64,000 nt of DNA, from positions 37,760,001 through 37,824,000 of the forward strand of contig CM052818.1 of assembly GCA_028534125.1 (NCBI GenBank). Direction: 5' to 3'. Shown here in pieces: positions 40,308-55,262 of the stretch (position 1 is its first letter; each line of letters opens with the position of its first letter). The stretch is from Lama glama (Eukaryota). The notes beneath the pieces were generated by a model, which made no database searches, was not told the DNA's origin, and worked only from the letters and a program-made list of their open reading frames with translations. Both the position numbers and the translations under genes were made by a program.

Positions 40308-41914
40308 ATAGGATACCTGGCTCATTTCCTCACTTTAAAGAATTTTTAACCACTGCCTCCTGAATTCTGGCAAGATTAATCCTGTGTTATGGAAGAAACC
40401 TTCCATTTCAAATGAGAATTCCCCATGTTCTCCTAGTCTGCTTATCTCTCATCTTGAGGCAGATCCAAACCGTAGTGCCTACAGCTGCTGGTAATACTGA
40501 TGGTGATGGAAATGGGAGATGGTGGTGGTTTGGAATGGTGTGTGCATGCGTGCGCATGTGTAGGTGAGCCATTGATGATTTTGTATTTGACTATCAGTAA
40601 TAGCTGTTGATCTGAAATCTTGACAGAATTTACCCTGTAGCTACTACGGGTATGGCTGACTTTGAGAAAAGAGACATTTCCTGTATCAGTTGTGTTGAGA
40701 AAGTTTACTTAAGCAGTGTCAAGGTGGATAAAGGAAGAATGCATTCGTTTTAACTTCACTATACAGCAATGAACTCATTAACTTTGATGGATTACAGGAG
40801 GAGCTTAAAAACAAAATATAGCTTGTTTTCCTATCCCAAAAAGCTACTGGAATTTTCCTCCCTCAGCTTGCATTTCTTATTTGCATGTGTGGAGTGTGAC
40901 AGACTATTGAATCCTGACAACCTGTTGGATGAAATCTAACAATAACCAGTCAGATCAGTGCAACCCAAACTGCCCTCGTGGGACTTGACAAGAAATCCTG
41001 CTGTCCTTTAGGATGCAATTACCCCGCTGCTTGCTGTACACAGTGACCTCTTTTACTCTGGTATTTATTGAATCCAGACCTAATGTCTGGTCTCATTTCA
41101 AAGTCCCTGTCTGCAATGCCTATCCCACGGCCAAGTACAGTAGACAGTGAACCACCATAGCTGCCAAGAATCAGTACTTTGAAAAGCATCTTTGGCCAGG
41201 AGATCATCATGCCTGTTCCCGTTAGAATCAACATTGCTTTTTTTCTGGCTCATTTAATGTAAAATGCAATTCAGTTTTAGAGATAAGTACTTTAATTCAC
41301 AAATGGTTGACAGCAGTAGGATTATAGTGTAGGCTCTGAACTTAAAAATAGTTTGGGGTCTGAGTCTAAGTGTTTCTGCACCGAGGAATATTTAACAGGA
41401 TAGGAACTGAATGGAGGATATTAGTATTGGGCCTTATCAGCTCAGGAATAAAGACACACGAAAGGTATGACAATTGAGTAATGGAATTTGGAACTAAAGT
41501 CATGATCCTCTATTTCATATTAAGAAACATTTTGAAGACGTAATGTATAGGTTTCATTAAAATTTATGCTGTGATTTATTTTATCTACAGTGATTTATTA
41601 GACATAATTGCAAAGAAGGAGTAGTTCAGTTTTTTTTTTTCCTATTTGGTTAGAAGTTAAGTACTCTTGAATCTAAACTTGGGGGACATGTCCTTATTAA
41701 AATGGAACTCATAATTAACATTTCTGTGCATTTCCTATAATCCAAACATGCAAGAGGGAACATTTAAATGACTAGCAATTAAAATGAAAACATTTTACTT
41801 TTACTGGCAGCCTTTTAACTTTTCAGTTCATCATATTTATAGTTATCATTATTAGACATCTGGAAAAATATAGTTATGCTTGCTATTTATATTACCAACT
41901 AAAGACTTTGAATC

Positions 41915-42065
41915 ACTTTGTAGACATGATCTCATTAACGCTCTCTACATCTCTGTGAGGTAAGTGCAATTATCTTCATTTTATTGAGTTTAAATTACTT
42001 TCCAAGGTGTCAAAGAAAATTGTGGCAGGATATGTAAAAAAAATCAAGGTCTCTCAGTGTCCACT
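41915..42065 (-). mobile_element. MIR SINE fragment
   Basis: atgatctcattaacgctctctacatctctgtgaggtaagtgcaattatcttcatttta. Confidence 0.6.
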
Positions 42066-42694
42066 TTAATGGTAAATCCTTTCAATAAAATCAGAAAGAA
42101 ATGAATCTAGTTTTAAGTGCATGGGGCTTAATTTTCGACCAATAGTCATTTGATGTAGCTATATAAGACATAACATTTTGTAGTTATGCCATTTCCAGTA
42201 TAATTTATCAGCCTGACCCATATTCTACTGTATTTGTCAAACCAATATTTTATGCAATGACATTTCCCTAAGTTTTCTAAGAGAAAGTTTTACAAAGAGA
42301 TGGAAATAAAACTTACTTTCTCTGTGAAAGTTTTTTTTTTCATTTATTAAAGACATTGTCACTGCCTGTCTGATTATGCTTTTTCAGTCTCTACCACCCA
42401 TCGCCACATTTATAACGTAGACTTGGTTTCCTTTCAGATGGTTGTTTAAAATGCATTCTTTACATTTTAGGGAAAGGATGGGGGGCTTGCTGGCGTTCAT
42501 TTTGTGGGTTTACTGAATTATTATGCAATTGATTGTCCTTCTTCTAAATGCTCTCTACTCCTAGACTTTTACCAGTGATGAATACTTAGGTTAGCATTTC
42601 CCCCTCCAGCTTTTCACTCAGATTTTCAGATGTGATATAATAGATGTCATAACTGATTGGGTTAGTCTTTTTTAATATAAATACTAGCCCTCCC

Positions 42695-43358
42695 ATATTG
42701 GTCACTTAATTTTCAGTAAGGATGCGGAGACCATTCAGCGGGACAAGAATAGTCTCTTCAACAAACAATGCTGGAAAAACTGGATATTCACATGCAAAAG
42801 AATCAAGTTGGATCCTTACCTTATAACGTATAGAAAAGGTAACTCAAAATGCATCAGAGACCTAATTTTAAGTGTTTCATGATAAAACTTATAGAAGAAG
42901 ACATAGAGGGATAAATCTTCACGATCTTAGATTTGACAATGGTCTCTTAATCTTAAACATGACATCTAAAGCATAGGCAATAAAAGAAACAAGATCTTCA
43001 AAAAATTTTTAGATGTTTGTGCATCAGAGAACATTATCAATAAAATGTAAAGACAGTGGATACAATGAAGACAACAAAATAAAAAAATGGGAGAAAATAA
43101 ATCATTTATTTGATAAGGGTTTAATATCCAGATAAAACTGAAAAGCAAAATGGCAAAAAAAAAAAATTAACAAATGGGCAAAGGACTTGAGTATTTGAAT
43201 AGATACTTCTCTAAAGAAGGTGGCCAAAAAGAAATGGCCAATAAACACATTAAAAAAAAAGATATTCAGTGTCATTAGCATTAGGGAAATGCAAATCAAA
43301 ACCACAGTGAGGTACCACTTTACATCCACTAAATAATAATAATAATAATGATGATAAT

Positions 43359-43400
<42 letters not shown>

Positions 43401-44052
43401 ATAAATGTTGAAGAGGATGTGGAGAAATTGAAATTCTCATACATTATTGGTAGGAAAGCAAACTGATATATCCACTGTGGAAAAACAAAGTTCCTCTAAA
43501 AGATAAACATAGAATTAACATATAACCCAGGAAATCTAGGGATTTCCCCCAAATATTTGACTATAAGGACACAAACACTTTTATGCCAATGATTGTAGAA
43601 ACATTATTCATAATAGCCAAAAAATGGAAACAATCCAGGTGTCCATCTATAGATAAATGGACTAACAAATATAGTATATAATAGAATAGAATATTATTCA
43701 GCCATAAAAATGAAGTTCTGATACATGTTGCAACATGAATGAGCCTTAAAAACACTATGCTAGGTGAAATGAACCAGACATAAAAGGACAAATATTTTAT
43801 TCTTCCACTTATTGCAAATACTATCTAAAATGAGCAAATTTACAGAGACAGAAAGTAGATTGCAGGTCATAAAGGGCTGAGAAGAGGGAAGAATGGGGAG
43901 TTACTGATTAATGTTTAGAGTGTCCATTTTGAGTGGTTTGGGGAATAATGATATGGCTGCACAAAATTGTGAATATAATTAATGCCACTTAAGTGGCATT
44001 TACATTTAAATGGTTCAAATGGGAAATTTTATGTTATACATATTCTACCCCA
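42695..44052 (+). mobile_element. L1MB-like ORF2 C-terminus and 3'UTR
   Basis: aatagtctcttcaacaaa..gctggaaaaactggatattcacatgcaaaagaat; gaaatgcaaatcaaaaccacagtgag. Confidence 0.9.
43332..43398. repeat. (AAT)n microsatellite
   Basis: Read directly. Confidence 0.95.
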
Positions 44053-44739
44053 CAGACACCCACAAACCTATCCTTAGCATTTCCACTGAAATGACACAAG
44101 GTCCAAGTGAAATACACATATTTAGTTCTCTGTTTTCAAAAATGGGCGGCTGTTTATTGGCTTTTATAGTTAAAATAATACAGAGTGTTGAAAACTTCTG
44201 TCCCATTTCAACCCCCTCCCATAAACATTTAATAGTTGAAAAAAATTCTGATAAATATTTGGAATCTCTTTAGCCAAATTCATGTTTATATAATAGGAAC
44301 AGCCGCATTTCTTTATATATTTGAACCTAAAGCTCTTCAAAACATAACACACATAGATTTTAGTGCATGTGTTTGTGACAACTGGCTGCTCTTAGAACAT
44401 ATTAAATTCTTTGTTTAGTCTATTCAGAATAAATGAAGTTGCATTGCAGCTGTGTTACAGTATTTATTACATAATATGCATCCACAATACACATGCTTTC
44501 CAGTTTGGGAGACAAAAACAACTACACAAATACACATTTAAGAAAACCTTCCACTATTAAAGTATGAGGTCCATGGCAAAATATTTTCACAATGGAAATC
44601 AAAACAATTATATAAATTCTGTTTGTTTATAAAAGCACACATTTGCTACCTATTGACAGAAGAAAATCTTACATTCTTTTCAAATAATTAGCAAACACCT
44701 AGTGTAGTTTAGTTTGAACGTTTCTATTACCAATTGGAA

Positions 44740-44957
44740 TAAAAATAAGTGTTGCAATACAAAATTCCTATATGTAAATATGCATATACTCATATATATG
44801 ACCAAGCCAAAGTTTTCAGAAAACAGTACTATTTCTATATGTGAGGTACTCACACTGAAATGATCATTTCTGATATATTCCTTTCTGCTTCATTTTAAAA
44901 AATGATGTCACAGACTCAAGCCATTAATGGGTCATGATTAGCAGTTAGAAAACACTG
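44740..44957. mobile_element. hAT-Charlie-like DNA transposon fragment
   Basis: Terminus ttaatgggtcatgattagcagttagaaaacactg resembles a Charlie-type end. Confidence 0.45.
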
Positions 44958-45434
44958 AAAAAGTGAATTTCCGAGAAGAATGTATGCATGAAGGTCAACA
45001 GGGGGTGTATTTCACAGGCTGCTTTGTGTGTTTTTTCCCCGTAATAATGCTAAATGATAGTTAACTCAAACTTCATAATGATCAACTGGGCTGCTCCTGT
45101 GTCTACACAGCCTTGTGGAGAGATTAACCTAGATTCCTAGAGATATTTCCATTCTCTGGGAAACATAAAAGTATTGTTCTAACTGGCGTTGTAATTAATC
45201 AAGTAAAGGGAAATGTCTTTATTTGAAAAAATACCTTGAAACGTGCTATTTTGAGGCCTGGAGGTTGGTAGCTGGCATTGAAGCTTCAGAGAATAGATAA
45301 AACCAACCTCCCTCCCTCCGTCCCCCTCCCCCACTCGCTCTCCCTTTCTCTCTCTACCTTTTCTCCTTATTTCTTCTCTGGAGATGAAAGAGAAGGGGAA
45401 AACACAAGAGAAAGTATTAGAGCAGTTACTCTTC

Positions 45435-46200
45435 TTCTTGCCTTGCTGGTGTTTAGGACCCCAGTCAATACTGCACAGCAGGTGATGGGAAAGGGCATCT
45501 TTGCCTTGCTCCTAATCGTAAAAGGACAAATGTAACTTTTTATCCATAAATATCCACAAGTAGGTTCTTTACTAGGTTGAGGAAGTTCTCTTCTACTCCT
45601 GGTTACTGAGAGGTTGTATTTTGAATGGGTGTTGAGATCTACAAACACTTTTTCTATATGTATTAATATTATATGATACTTCTATTTCTCTTAATATTGT
45701 GGATTATTCATACTGATTTTTTTAAACCAACCTTGCATGCATGATATGAATCCATCTTGGTTTTGATCTTCTTTATATATATTTTGCTGCATTGTTTGCT
45801 AAAATTTTGTTAAGAGTGCCTGCATCTATGTTCATGATAGATATTGGTCTGCAGTTTTCTCTTCTTTTAATAATGCCTTTTTGTAATTTTGATATCAAAG
45901 TAATGCTGACCTCATAAAGTTAGTTGAGAAGTATTTTCTCCTGTTCTATTTTTTGGATTTTTTTTTTTAGAATACATTATGTTTTTCTTGAATATTTGGT
46001 AGAGTACACCAGTGAAGCCAGCTGAACCTAAAATTTTGTTTTGTTTGAAAGTTTGAAACCATAAATGTAGTTTATTTATCAGATATTCCTCTATTTAGTT
46101 TGGTTCTTCTTGAGTGAGCTTTTGTAGTTTGTGCATTCCAAGGAATTAGTCCATTTCAACTAATTGATACTTTTATTAGAAAACTATTTATAATTCTATT
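45435..46200 (-). mobile_element. Old L1 ORF2 (RT region) fragment
   Basis: aggttgaggaagttctcttctactcct; tgcatctatgttcatgatagatattggtctgcag. Confidence 0.85.
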
Positions 46201-46209
46201 ATATTTTTA

Positions 46210-48050
46210 AAAATTGACTAAAGTTTTCAATAGGTTTATATTTACAGAAAAGTTGCAAGAATAGTACAAATAGTTCCTATATATTATATACCATTTCTCA
46301 AGTCACTAAGAGTAGCCTACACGTAACTGGTGGGAACCATGCTCCACCTTTGCGACAAGGGAATATTCACATCTTCTTTGAAGAAATGTTTATTAAAATC
46401 CTTTGGACATTTACAGATTGGGTTGTCTGTCTTTTTATTGGTGAAATGTTGAGAGTTCTTTATGTATTCTGGTTCTAGACCCTTTCAATAATTGTTGACA
46501 GTTTGTTACTATTATTATTATTATTTAGTTTGTCTTTTTTGTTGTTGCTCAATCCTTTGAAGTTGTTCTCCATTGCCTTATGGCTTTCAGGGGTTATGGC
46601 AAGCAGTCAGGTTTCATTTGTATGTTTCTTCTTCTGTAAATAATATATCTCTTATCTCTGGCAGGTCTTTTGATTTTCTGTTTACTACTAGCATTTGTAA
46701 ATTTGATTATGGTGTCTTGGTGTAGTGTTTTTGTTTGTTTGCTTTTGTTGTTGCAATTATTCTGCTTGGTGTTCACTGAGATTCTTGGATCTATAGGTTT
46801 AGTTTACATACATTTATGAAAAATCTCAGCCACTATTTCTTCCCATATATTTTTTCCCTTCACCTGATTTCTCTTTTTCTGCAATCCAATGACATGTATG
46901 CTACACTGATCCTGTCCCATAAGTCATTACTCTGCTTTTTTCAATTCAGTCTTTTTTCTCTCTCTGCTTCATTTTGGAACATTTAGTTCTATGTCATCAA
47001 ATACACTTATCCTTTTTTTCTGCAGTGCCTTAATCTTCTATTAAATATTTCCAATTATTTTGTATTTCAGATATGCTATCTTTTATTTCTAGAACTTGTA
47101 TTCTGTCCTTTTTTAAAATTTATCTTAAATTTCTTTCCTCATCATACTTGTATTTTCCTCTAACTTCCTGAATATATGGGGGATTTTACAATAGCCAATT
47201 TTTAAACATTGTTATTTTAATTCCAAATTATCTAGCCTCTCTTTCCCCATTTCTAATGATTGATTTTTCCGTGTTATAGTTCATATTTTCCTGCATTACA
47301 TGCTTGGTAATTTTCCATTGCATGCCAGACATCATTCATTTTCCATTGCTGGCAGTGGCTTTTTAAATATTTCTTTAGTGATGAACTTGACCCTGACATG
47401 TAGCTAGACTGCCTGGAATAATATTTCTCCTTTTGAGGCTTCTCTTTAGGCTTGGTTATGGCAAATCCAGAGATGCTTTTAGCTTAGGGACAATTTACTC
47501 TCACTAATGAGGCAATGACCTTTTAAGAACCCTAAGCTGTGTGTCTTACATTGGCTTTCCATTTCAACTGGTTTGAAAACTATTCCTAGGCCTGTGTGAC
47601 CTCTAGAAATTGTGCAGTTGACTGCTTTCTAGTGGTTCTTTCCCTTCTCATGCAGTTTCCTCTTAATGACCCACAGATTGGTATTCGGTCAAAGACTCAA
47701 GGGAATACCTCTGCAGCTCACCCAATCTCTCTTCCTTTTTAGCTCCTGCCTCTCCAGGATTTTACACTGCAGCCTAATCAACTTGGCTAAGTCTTATTTC
47801 TGTATTCTCAAGTCAACAAGACTTCTAGATTCTTCTGAGTTTTCGCCAATTACACTGTGGCCTGACAGCCTTTTCTGGGCACTAAGCTCAAGCAGTCAAA
47901 GAAGTTGTCTTTTTCGTTTCCCTTCTCCGAGGAAACACAGTCTTGTTTTCCAGGGCCTTTTTTTTTTTTTCTTTCCTACTTTCCTGGTTGATTAAGGTAA
48001 GAGACGAAATCTATTGCCTGTTACTGCATTACATATGAAATTGGAAGTTC
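46210..48050 (-). mobile_element. Old L1 mosaic: L1MC/MD-like 3' piece, then ORF1 and 5' region
   Basis: atttacagaaaagttgcaagaatagtaca; ttctgcttggtgttcactgagattcttggatc; cagccactatttcttc. Confidence 0.7.
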
Positions 48051-48059
48051 CTGCATGTA

Positions 48060-49790
48060 TCTTTAGTTTATCCTTGTTATCTTTTCAAATTATTATAATG
48101 TCTTCTACAGCGGAGTTATGCAACAATTTATTTGTCCAACATTTGTTTTTGGATTTGGGCTGTTCTGAGTAGCTGCCGGGGACATTGTTGTGTTTGTGCT
48201 TTGGTGGGCATACACACGTTTAGCCAATACCTGGGAGGAGTACTGCGGAGTCATCAATTAGGTTCTACTTAGCTTTAGCAGATAGGACAAGTTTTCCAAA
48301 ATAGTTGAAAAAATTTACACACGCACTAGTAATGTATTAAAATTCCAGTTGCTCCACAGTTCTCACCAACATTTGGCAGTGTCTGCAGTTGTCAGTTTGA
48401 CTGCTCTGATAGGGGTGCCTCACTGTGGGCTTCGTCTCTATTTCCCTGATTAGTAGTGTTGATTACTTTATACTGTTTGAATCTTGTCTTTGATGAAGTA
48501 TATATTTAAGTCTTATCCCCACTTTTAATCTGTTTTATTTTCCTTCTTGATTTATGAAAATGTTTGAAAGTGTTCTAGGTATGAATGATTCATGCATTAC
48601 AAATGTTCTCCTAATCTGGGGCTTGCCCCTTCACTCTTTTAGTGCTATTTTTGATAAATGGAAGTTCTTACTTTTAATGGAGTATAATTAATTAGCTTTT
48701 TATTTAATGTTCAGTGCCTTTTATGCCCTGTTGAAGAAATGTTTATCTACTTCATGTTTATAAGGTAGCCTTTTCGGTATTCTAGAAGCTTGCTTCTTTT
48801 AGCTTTACAACTATATGTAATTTATTTTTGGTATGTTTAAGGTGGCAAAATAAAACAAATAGAAATGTTATGTTTTCCCATATGGCTATACATTTGAACT
48901 AGCATCATATATTCAAAAGACCACCATTTCCCTCCTCATTGCTGTGCCGATTTTCTTGTAAATCACCAGGCTTTATGTATGTGGATACTTACCAGGACTC
49001 CTTCCCGTTGATTTGTGTAGTTTGTTTATACTTGTGCCAATATCAAAATTCCTTGGTTACCATAGCTTTATAATTCTTATTGATGTCCAGTGGTTTAAGA
49101 CCTCTAGATTTGTTCTTACTGTTTAGTATACTTTGGCTGTTCTTAGCCATATTTTTTTTCCCAAGAAGTTTAGTAATTTTCAATAAAATACAGCTCTGTA
49201 ATTGTTACTGGAATTGGATTACATCTATAGATGAAAATCAGGAGAACTGACATACTTAAAGTGTTAAATCCCCATGAACTCTGCACATCTTCCATTTATC
49301 TGGATCTGCTTTTGTGCTATTGGAAGAACTGTCATGATTTTGATGCCTTGTGTTCTTCATTAATTTTATTTTCTACTTGCTTTTGGTTGAAATATGGAAA
49401 GGTGATTGATTTTTTTATATTGATACAGTAATCTTTCTCAATTTAATATTTAATTTTGATTGCAGACTCTTTTGTACTTTCAGATATATAATGTTAGTTA
49501 TATTTCTTTAATCATTATTAGTTTTGTTTATTTTTGTTTCTTTATCCCACCAGTTAGAGTATCCAATTCAATGCTGGGTACAAGCAATGAAAATAGAATT
49601 TCTTGCATTATCCCCAATCTCAGAAATAATTTTTTCCATATTTTAACGTTACATGTGATGTTTGCCTTAGGATTTTTTACATATTCTTCAACAAATTTTT
49701 TTAAGTTCCCTTTTATGCCTCATTTGATAAGAATTATTGCCAAATGCTTTTTCTGCATCTATTGAAGATGATATAATTTTTCTGTTTGTG
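48060..49790 (-). mobile_element. Old L1ME-like 3'/ORF2 portion
   Basis: ttccagttgctccacagttctcaccaacatttgg; aaatgctttttctgcatctattgaagatgat. Confidence 0.75.
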
Positions 49791-50299
49791 TCCACATATA
49801 CCCTGGGCAAGGGCTGGAGAGAGGGAGAAAAAGGATCCTTGTGTCTACCAGCTCACAATGCCAAATTTCTTCCTCTGTAAAATTTAGTTTATCATTTCCC
49901 ATTTCTCTCCTAGTCTGTGCATATTTAAAATATATCTTTTTTTTTAAATCGAAGTCTGTTTGTTATAGTGACAGCAATGAGCAGACATACCTACTGCACA
50001 CTATTCTAAATGCATGTTTTATCTATTTTGTTAACTGATATTTTGATCATTCATTAACTTTACTGTTTTTTTTAATGTTTATTTACTACCTCATAAATTT
50101 TAGGTTTTTTCTTCCTTCTTGTCTAATGTGCTTTTTCTATACTTGTACTTTTTAATTTTGTTTTTTTTGTTTTTGTTACTTTATCATGTTGATTTAAATC
50201 AGTGTTTTGATTTTGTCCTATATATAATACATACGTATCCTATGTATGCTGGTTTCAGCATCATTATTATTTTTAAAATTCTATGTATTGTTTCTATTT

Positions 50300-52600
50300 C
50301 CACTTTCACCAATGAGATAGTTGATATTTTTAACATACGTAGATAGTAGAGAGGTTTAATTATTTTGTTATTGATTTTTCATTCTATTGCACTGAGACTA
50401 GAAATGTTGGTTATATTCATCGTACTTGATGTAACTTATTGATGCTTTCTTAGTGGCACAATATATGGTCAATTTTTATTCTCTCTGACTGGCATATTAT
50501 TAACACTGTATTTTAATATGTAAGAGCAGACCATATTGATTACAATTGTAGGTTTCATTTTTTTATTTATCGTTCAATAAAGTTGACTTGGGTTGGGAGT
50601 AGACGTTAAAATTTCCTTCTGCTTTGATCTCTGTTGTGCCTTGCACAATCGTAATTTCCACTGTATGTTCTTTGGTGTTGACTTACTCCTCACAGTGATA
50701 ACTGCATCGCATATGTAGGCTTTTAGCATTCCAAGGTGTTTCCTTTGGTCTAATTTAATACTTCCAGCCTGATTCTCTTTTCTTTCCTTTTCTTGTTTTA
50801 TGTTTGCCTGACCTGTGCTTCTCTTTTTGTTTTTAGCATTTCTGAATCACACTGTTTTATAGATCTTGCATACTGCTAAGAGTTGGTTTTTTTATATGAG
50901 TCAATCTGAAAATTTCTTTTAGGAGCGAAATAAAGCATGTTCACGTGCATTGATATATCTGATGCATTTTGTTTCAATTACATCATTTTCTTCTATGCTA
51001 CTTTCCTGTGTTCATTTTATTTACTGGGGAGTCTCCCTGTCTCTGTCTCTGTCTTTCCGCCTTGTTCTCACTTTCACTCTTGTTCTCCGTCTCAGTCTTG
51101 CATGCTCATCATTGTCTTGATTTCTCTCTCTTAAAAAGAAAAACAAAAAACAAACTGCATATGTACGACATTTTGTGTGTTTATATACTGGTTACTTTTA
51201 TTTAAATAATCTTGTTAAAATGATCTTTTTCCTTATTTATGCTTTTCCGATTTGATTTGTCAGCTTCAATTTTTATCATTTGGTTTCCATCTCTTACCTA
51301 AGCAGTAACCAGTGAGCTTATTCTGTTTTCTCCTTTCTTGTTCAATTCTCCTCCCACTGAAAAAAATCAGCTTATTTCTTCTACTGTGTGAGAATGTATA
51401 ACTTTCTTTACTTTTCATCCATTCTTCTTCCCATTTTTTATTTTAATCTTACATCTGCAATTAAACCTGTTTCTTTGCTTACTGTCAGGGCTTTAGCCTG
51501 TGGCTCAGAGTCAGCTCTTGATTGAATAAGGTTCATCATCTAATAGATCCCTGGGAAAGGCTTGTGAGTTCAGACATATCTGAGTCTTGCATTTCTATTG
51601 CTTTGATATTTTGTTGACAGCTCAGCTGGTTTGAAAATCCTACGTTAGCACTTTATGTTCTTAAAGTTTTGTTTGTTTTTAAATTGTTTTTGATGTTGCT
51701 TCATTCTCTTCTTATTCTGTATGCTGCTCTCTAGAAATTTGATGTCAACTTGATTTTCTTTTCTTTATAAGTCATTTGGTCTTTTGCCTGGAGGCTCAAA
51801 TAACTGCTTTTTTCTCCTATCTTTAGAGTCCAAAATTTTTACTAGGTTATATCTTGGGGTTGAATGTCATTTTTTTTTTTCAGTAGTGGGCCCTTTTACT
51901 GTCTAGAGTCAGTTCCTTTTTCAGAGTTTTCTTAGATTATAATTTTAAATAATGTTTCATTGTTTTGTTTTTCTTCTACAAGAAATCCAGTTACATGCAT
52001 ATGCCTGTCATTTTTATCTGATATATTTTACTTGTTTTATGATTTTATTTTCATTTTCATAGCTCATTTCATGGTACTTTTCAATGCCCCTTTGTATATT
52101 TCCCATCAAATCTACTTTCCATTAGCCACCTTTTAATTTATGCTTTATTACTGAATTGATTTTCCCTCTTTTTTCCTGAGTGGGCAGAATTTTCATTTCA
52201 CATCTTCCTGGGTTTGTTTTTTTTTTTTTCCATTTCTCCTCTCATTAATGAATTAATTTTAAAACATCTGATTCAGAGGACTCTTTTATATCTACAAGTG
52301 ATTATTTTAAGTTACTTAATTCTTCTTGGGCACTGCTACAAGTTTTTACTGTTTTATTTCATTTTGTTCTGCTTTGTTGTTGTTTGGAAAGATATTTTCT
52401 TTAGCTGAAACGTTTTAACTTTCATTTTCTATTTTCTTCTTATAATAGCTTTGTAAGGATGTTACTTTCCATTTTTGTTCATTTTAAAATGTTTTATATT
52501 TCTGAAACTATCAACAGAAAGTGTCTCTATGGCAACTGGGGTGAGGGACTCGGTTGTGTTACCATGTCCCTTACACTGAGTATCCTTGTCCGCTAGTGAA
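50300..52600 (-). mobile_element. HAL1/L1ME-like ORF1-containing degraded LINE
   Basis: ttggtcttttgcctggaggctcaaa...ctttagagtccaaaatttttactaggttatatcttgg; strong T skew. Confidence 0.55.
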
Positions 52601-53864
52601 GTGGAATGGGCTTTCTTCACGCGAGAGCACATTTGATTGGGATGGGAGATGTTGATGTGCCTTCTGATGTTTCTGTATTTTTTCCTTAAATTTCCACCAC
52701 ATCCTTTCTTTCTTTTTCTTTTAACCCTTGGCTCTAACTGGTGTCTTCTCTTTCCAAGTCGCCTCACACTTTCCAGGCAGCAGTGCTTTCCCAAGACAGC
52801 CAACTTTTGATCGCTCAGCAGTCAACATTCTGGCCAGTCGGGTAGTAGACGTCAGTATTATAGCCTTTAACCAATTTCTACAAACTGCATTCTTTATGTA
52901 CGTAAGTGCATACACTACATGTGCTAAAAATAATGTACTTCCTGTTACACTAGTTGGACTTCAAGAGATTCATTTATTTACTCAAGTCATATGCTATGAC
53001 AATCTACCAGCCCTAATAAGAGATAATAAGTAAAATGAGCCATCAGATTTATATTCTAAGAGATCCAAATAATAACCCCATGGTTGCAGTGTCATAATAT
53101 TTGTTTTAGTGGCTAGAGTTATAGTTATTTGCCTTAGTTCGCACATCAAGTCTGGAGAAACAAAGATAAGTATTTTGCTGTAAAGCTTGGAAGTCAGAGC
53201 CAGAAAGCCACAGGCAAGGAAAAAACAACTGGTTCTTGCTGTCAGCAAAATTCAGAATAAATATTAATTTGTTATGCTTTCTGTGATAGATTCTGAAATT
53301 ATACTACAATTAAAATATTTTGAAGGATACATTATCTTTCTCTAGTTAGTATCTCAAAGAGGGGATGATTTTTCTAATGGATCTAGATAACAGTTTGGAG
53401 AAACTTATTCTCCATAAAACTTAATAAATCAATTATCCCATGTACTACATTCAAAAACATTTTTAAATGCTTATGCTCTGAATGTTCTTGCCTTTTGTTA
53501 GTCAATTTGTTAGTTCTGGCATTTTCTTAGAGTGCTCCATTGATAGGCATGCTGGGTATATTTGATTTTACTTTTCCTTTCTATTTTTAAAAAATGTTTT
53601 ATACGTGAAACATCACTAGCACCTGTGCGTAAGACTTCTTCTTTACCATCATCATTGCCTGTATATTTATTTTTGAATCTTTTGCCAAACTTACAGATTT
53701 GCTATGGAATGTATTTCTTTAAAATTTTATTTCTATGATAATTTTAATGAAAATAGGAACACCTCTTCATACTTATTGTATGTATACGTTATGTATTAAT
53801 TGCCTCTTTTAAAATTTTATCTATTTTATTATTGATTTGTCTGAATGTATTTATTCTTTAAAAA

Positions 53865-54325
53865 GTTTATCCAAGAAACACATTGAGTACCTTCTATGTG
53901 CAAGGCACTGTTTTAGATTATAAGGTTACAGCAGCAAGCAGGATGAAACTCCTGTCCTCACAGAGCTCATATTTTAGCAGAGAAAAAATAGCAGGATGAA
54001 GAGGTGAAACTCGAACTGAAGGTAAATGCATGTGAATTTCTTGGGAAATGCCATTCCAGAGAGAGGAAACATCGTGTGTAAGAATTTGAAGTGGGAGTGG
54101 GCTAGCCTTTCCTAGGAAAAGCAAGGGCTTGGATGACTGAAGGGCCATGAGAATGGATCACAGTCATCGACGGTGAGGTTTGAAAGACACCTGGGAGCTG
54201 GAGTTGGATTGTGTGGATCCAAGTTGGACATGATAATCACACTGAATTTTATTTTAAGTGTGTTGAGAAATTATTGGTGAATTATGGAGGAAGGGTTATT
54301 CTATTTGCTTTTTAACAAAGCATCT
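53865..54325 (-). mobile_element. L2a 3' portion
   Basis: cattgagtaccttctatgtgcaaggcactgttttag...cctgtcctcacagagctcatatt. Confidence 0.85.
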
Positions 54326-54329
54326 AGAT

Positions 54330-54570
54330 CACTGGTTTTCAACAGACAGTGATTCTCCCCCCCCACCCCGAGGAGATCTTTGGCAATGTCTGGAGGCATT
54401 TTTAAAAATTTTTACAACTAGATGGATCCTAGTGTTGTCGCGTTGGTAGAGGTGAGGGATGCTGAGGAGGATAATCTCTCCAAGATATTTAGCTACAGAC
54501 AGTGGAAAAAACAACCCAAAATGAACTGTAAGAAGATAGCAGTGGAAAGTAGTGACAAGACTGAAACCTT
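54330..54570. mobile_element. MER20 (hAT-Charlie) element
   Basis: cactggttttcaac...tttggcaatgtctggaggcattttt...ggtagaggtgagggatgctg. Confidence 0.75.
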
Positions 54571-54762
54571 TGAGATTCTTCCTGCTTTGCCACAGAGGAT
54601 AACTTAGTTTGTAAAGACTTGGATGCACTCAATACCGCAAGAGCTCCCAGAGACAGAGAAGCTGTGCAGATTTATTCACAAAAGTCATGGAACTTTTGAC
54701 TTCCTTTATCTCATTTGAAAAAAATAAAAAGACTAGAGACCTATTAACTGTAAGGACAAGTA

Positions 54763-55262
54763 NNNNNNNNNNNNNNNNNNNNNNNNNNNNNNNNNNNNNN
54801 NNNNNNNNNNNNNNNNNNNNNNNNNNNNNNNNNNNNNNNNNNNNNNNNNNNNNNNNNNNNNNNNNNNNNNNNNNNNNNNNNNNNNNNNNNNNNNNNNNNN
54901 NNNNNNNNNNNNNNNNNNNNNNNNNNNNNNNNNNNNNNNNNNNNNNNNNNNNNNNNNNNNNNNNNNNNNNNNNNNNNNNNNNNNNNNNNNNNNNNNNNNN
55001 NNNNNNNNNNNNNNNNNNNNNNNNNNNNNNNNNNNNNNNNNNNNNNNNNNNNNNNNNNNNNNNNNNNNNNNNNNNNNNNNNNNNNNNNNNNNNNNNNNNN
55101 NNNNNNNNNNNNNNNNNNNNNNNNNNNNNNNNNNNNNNNNNNNNNNNNNNNNNNNNNNNNNNNNNNNNNNNNNNNNNNNNNNNNNNNNNNNNNNNNNNNN
55201 NNNNNNNNNNNNNNNNNNNNNNNNNNNNNNNNNNNNNNNNNNNNNNNNNNNNNNNNNNNNNN
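54763..55262. other. Assembly gap (500 N)
   Basis: Run of exactly 500 N. Confidence 1.
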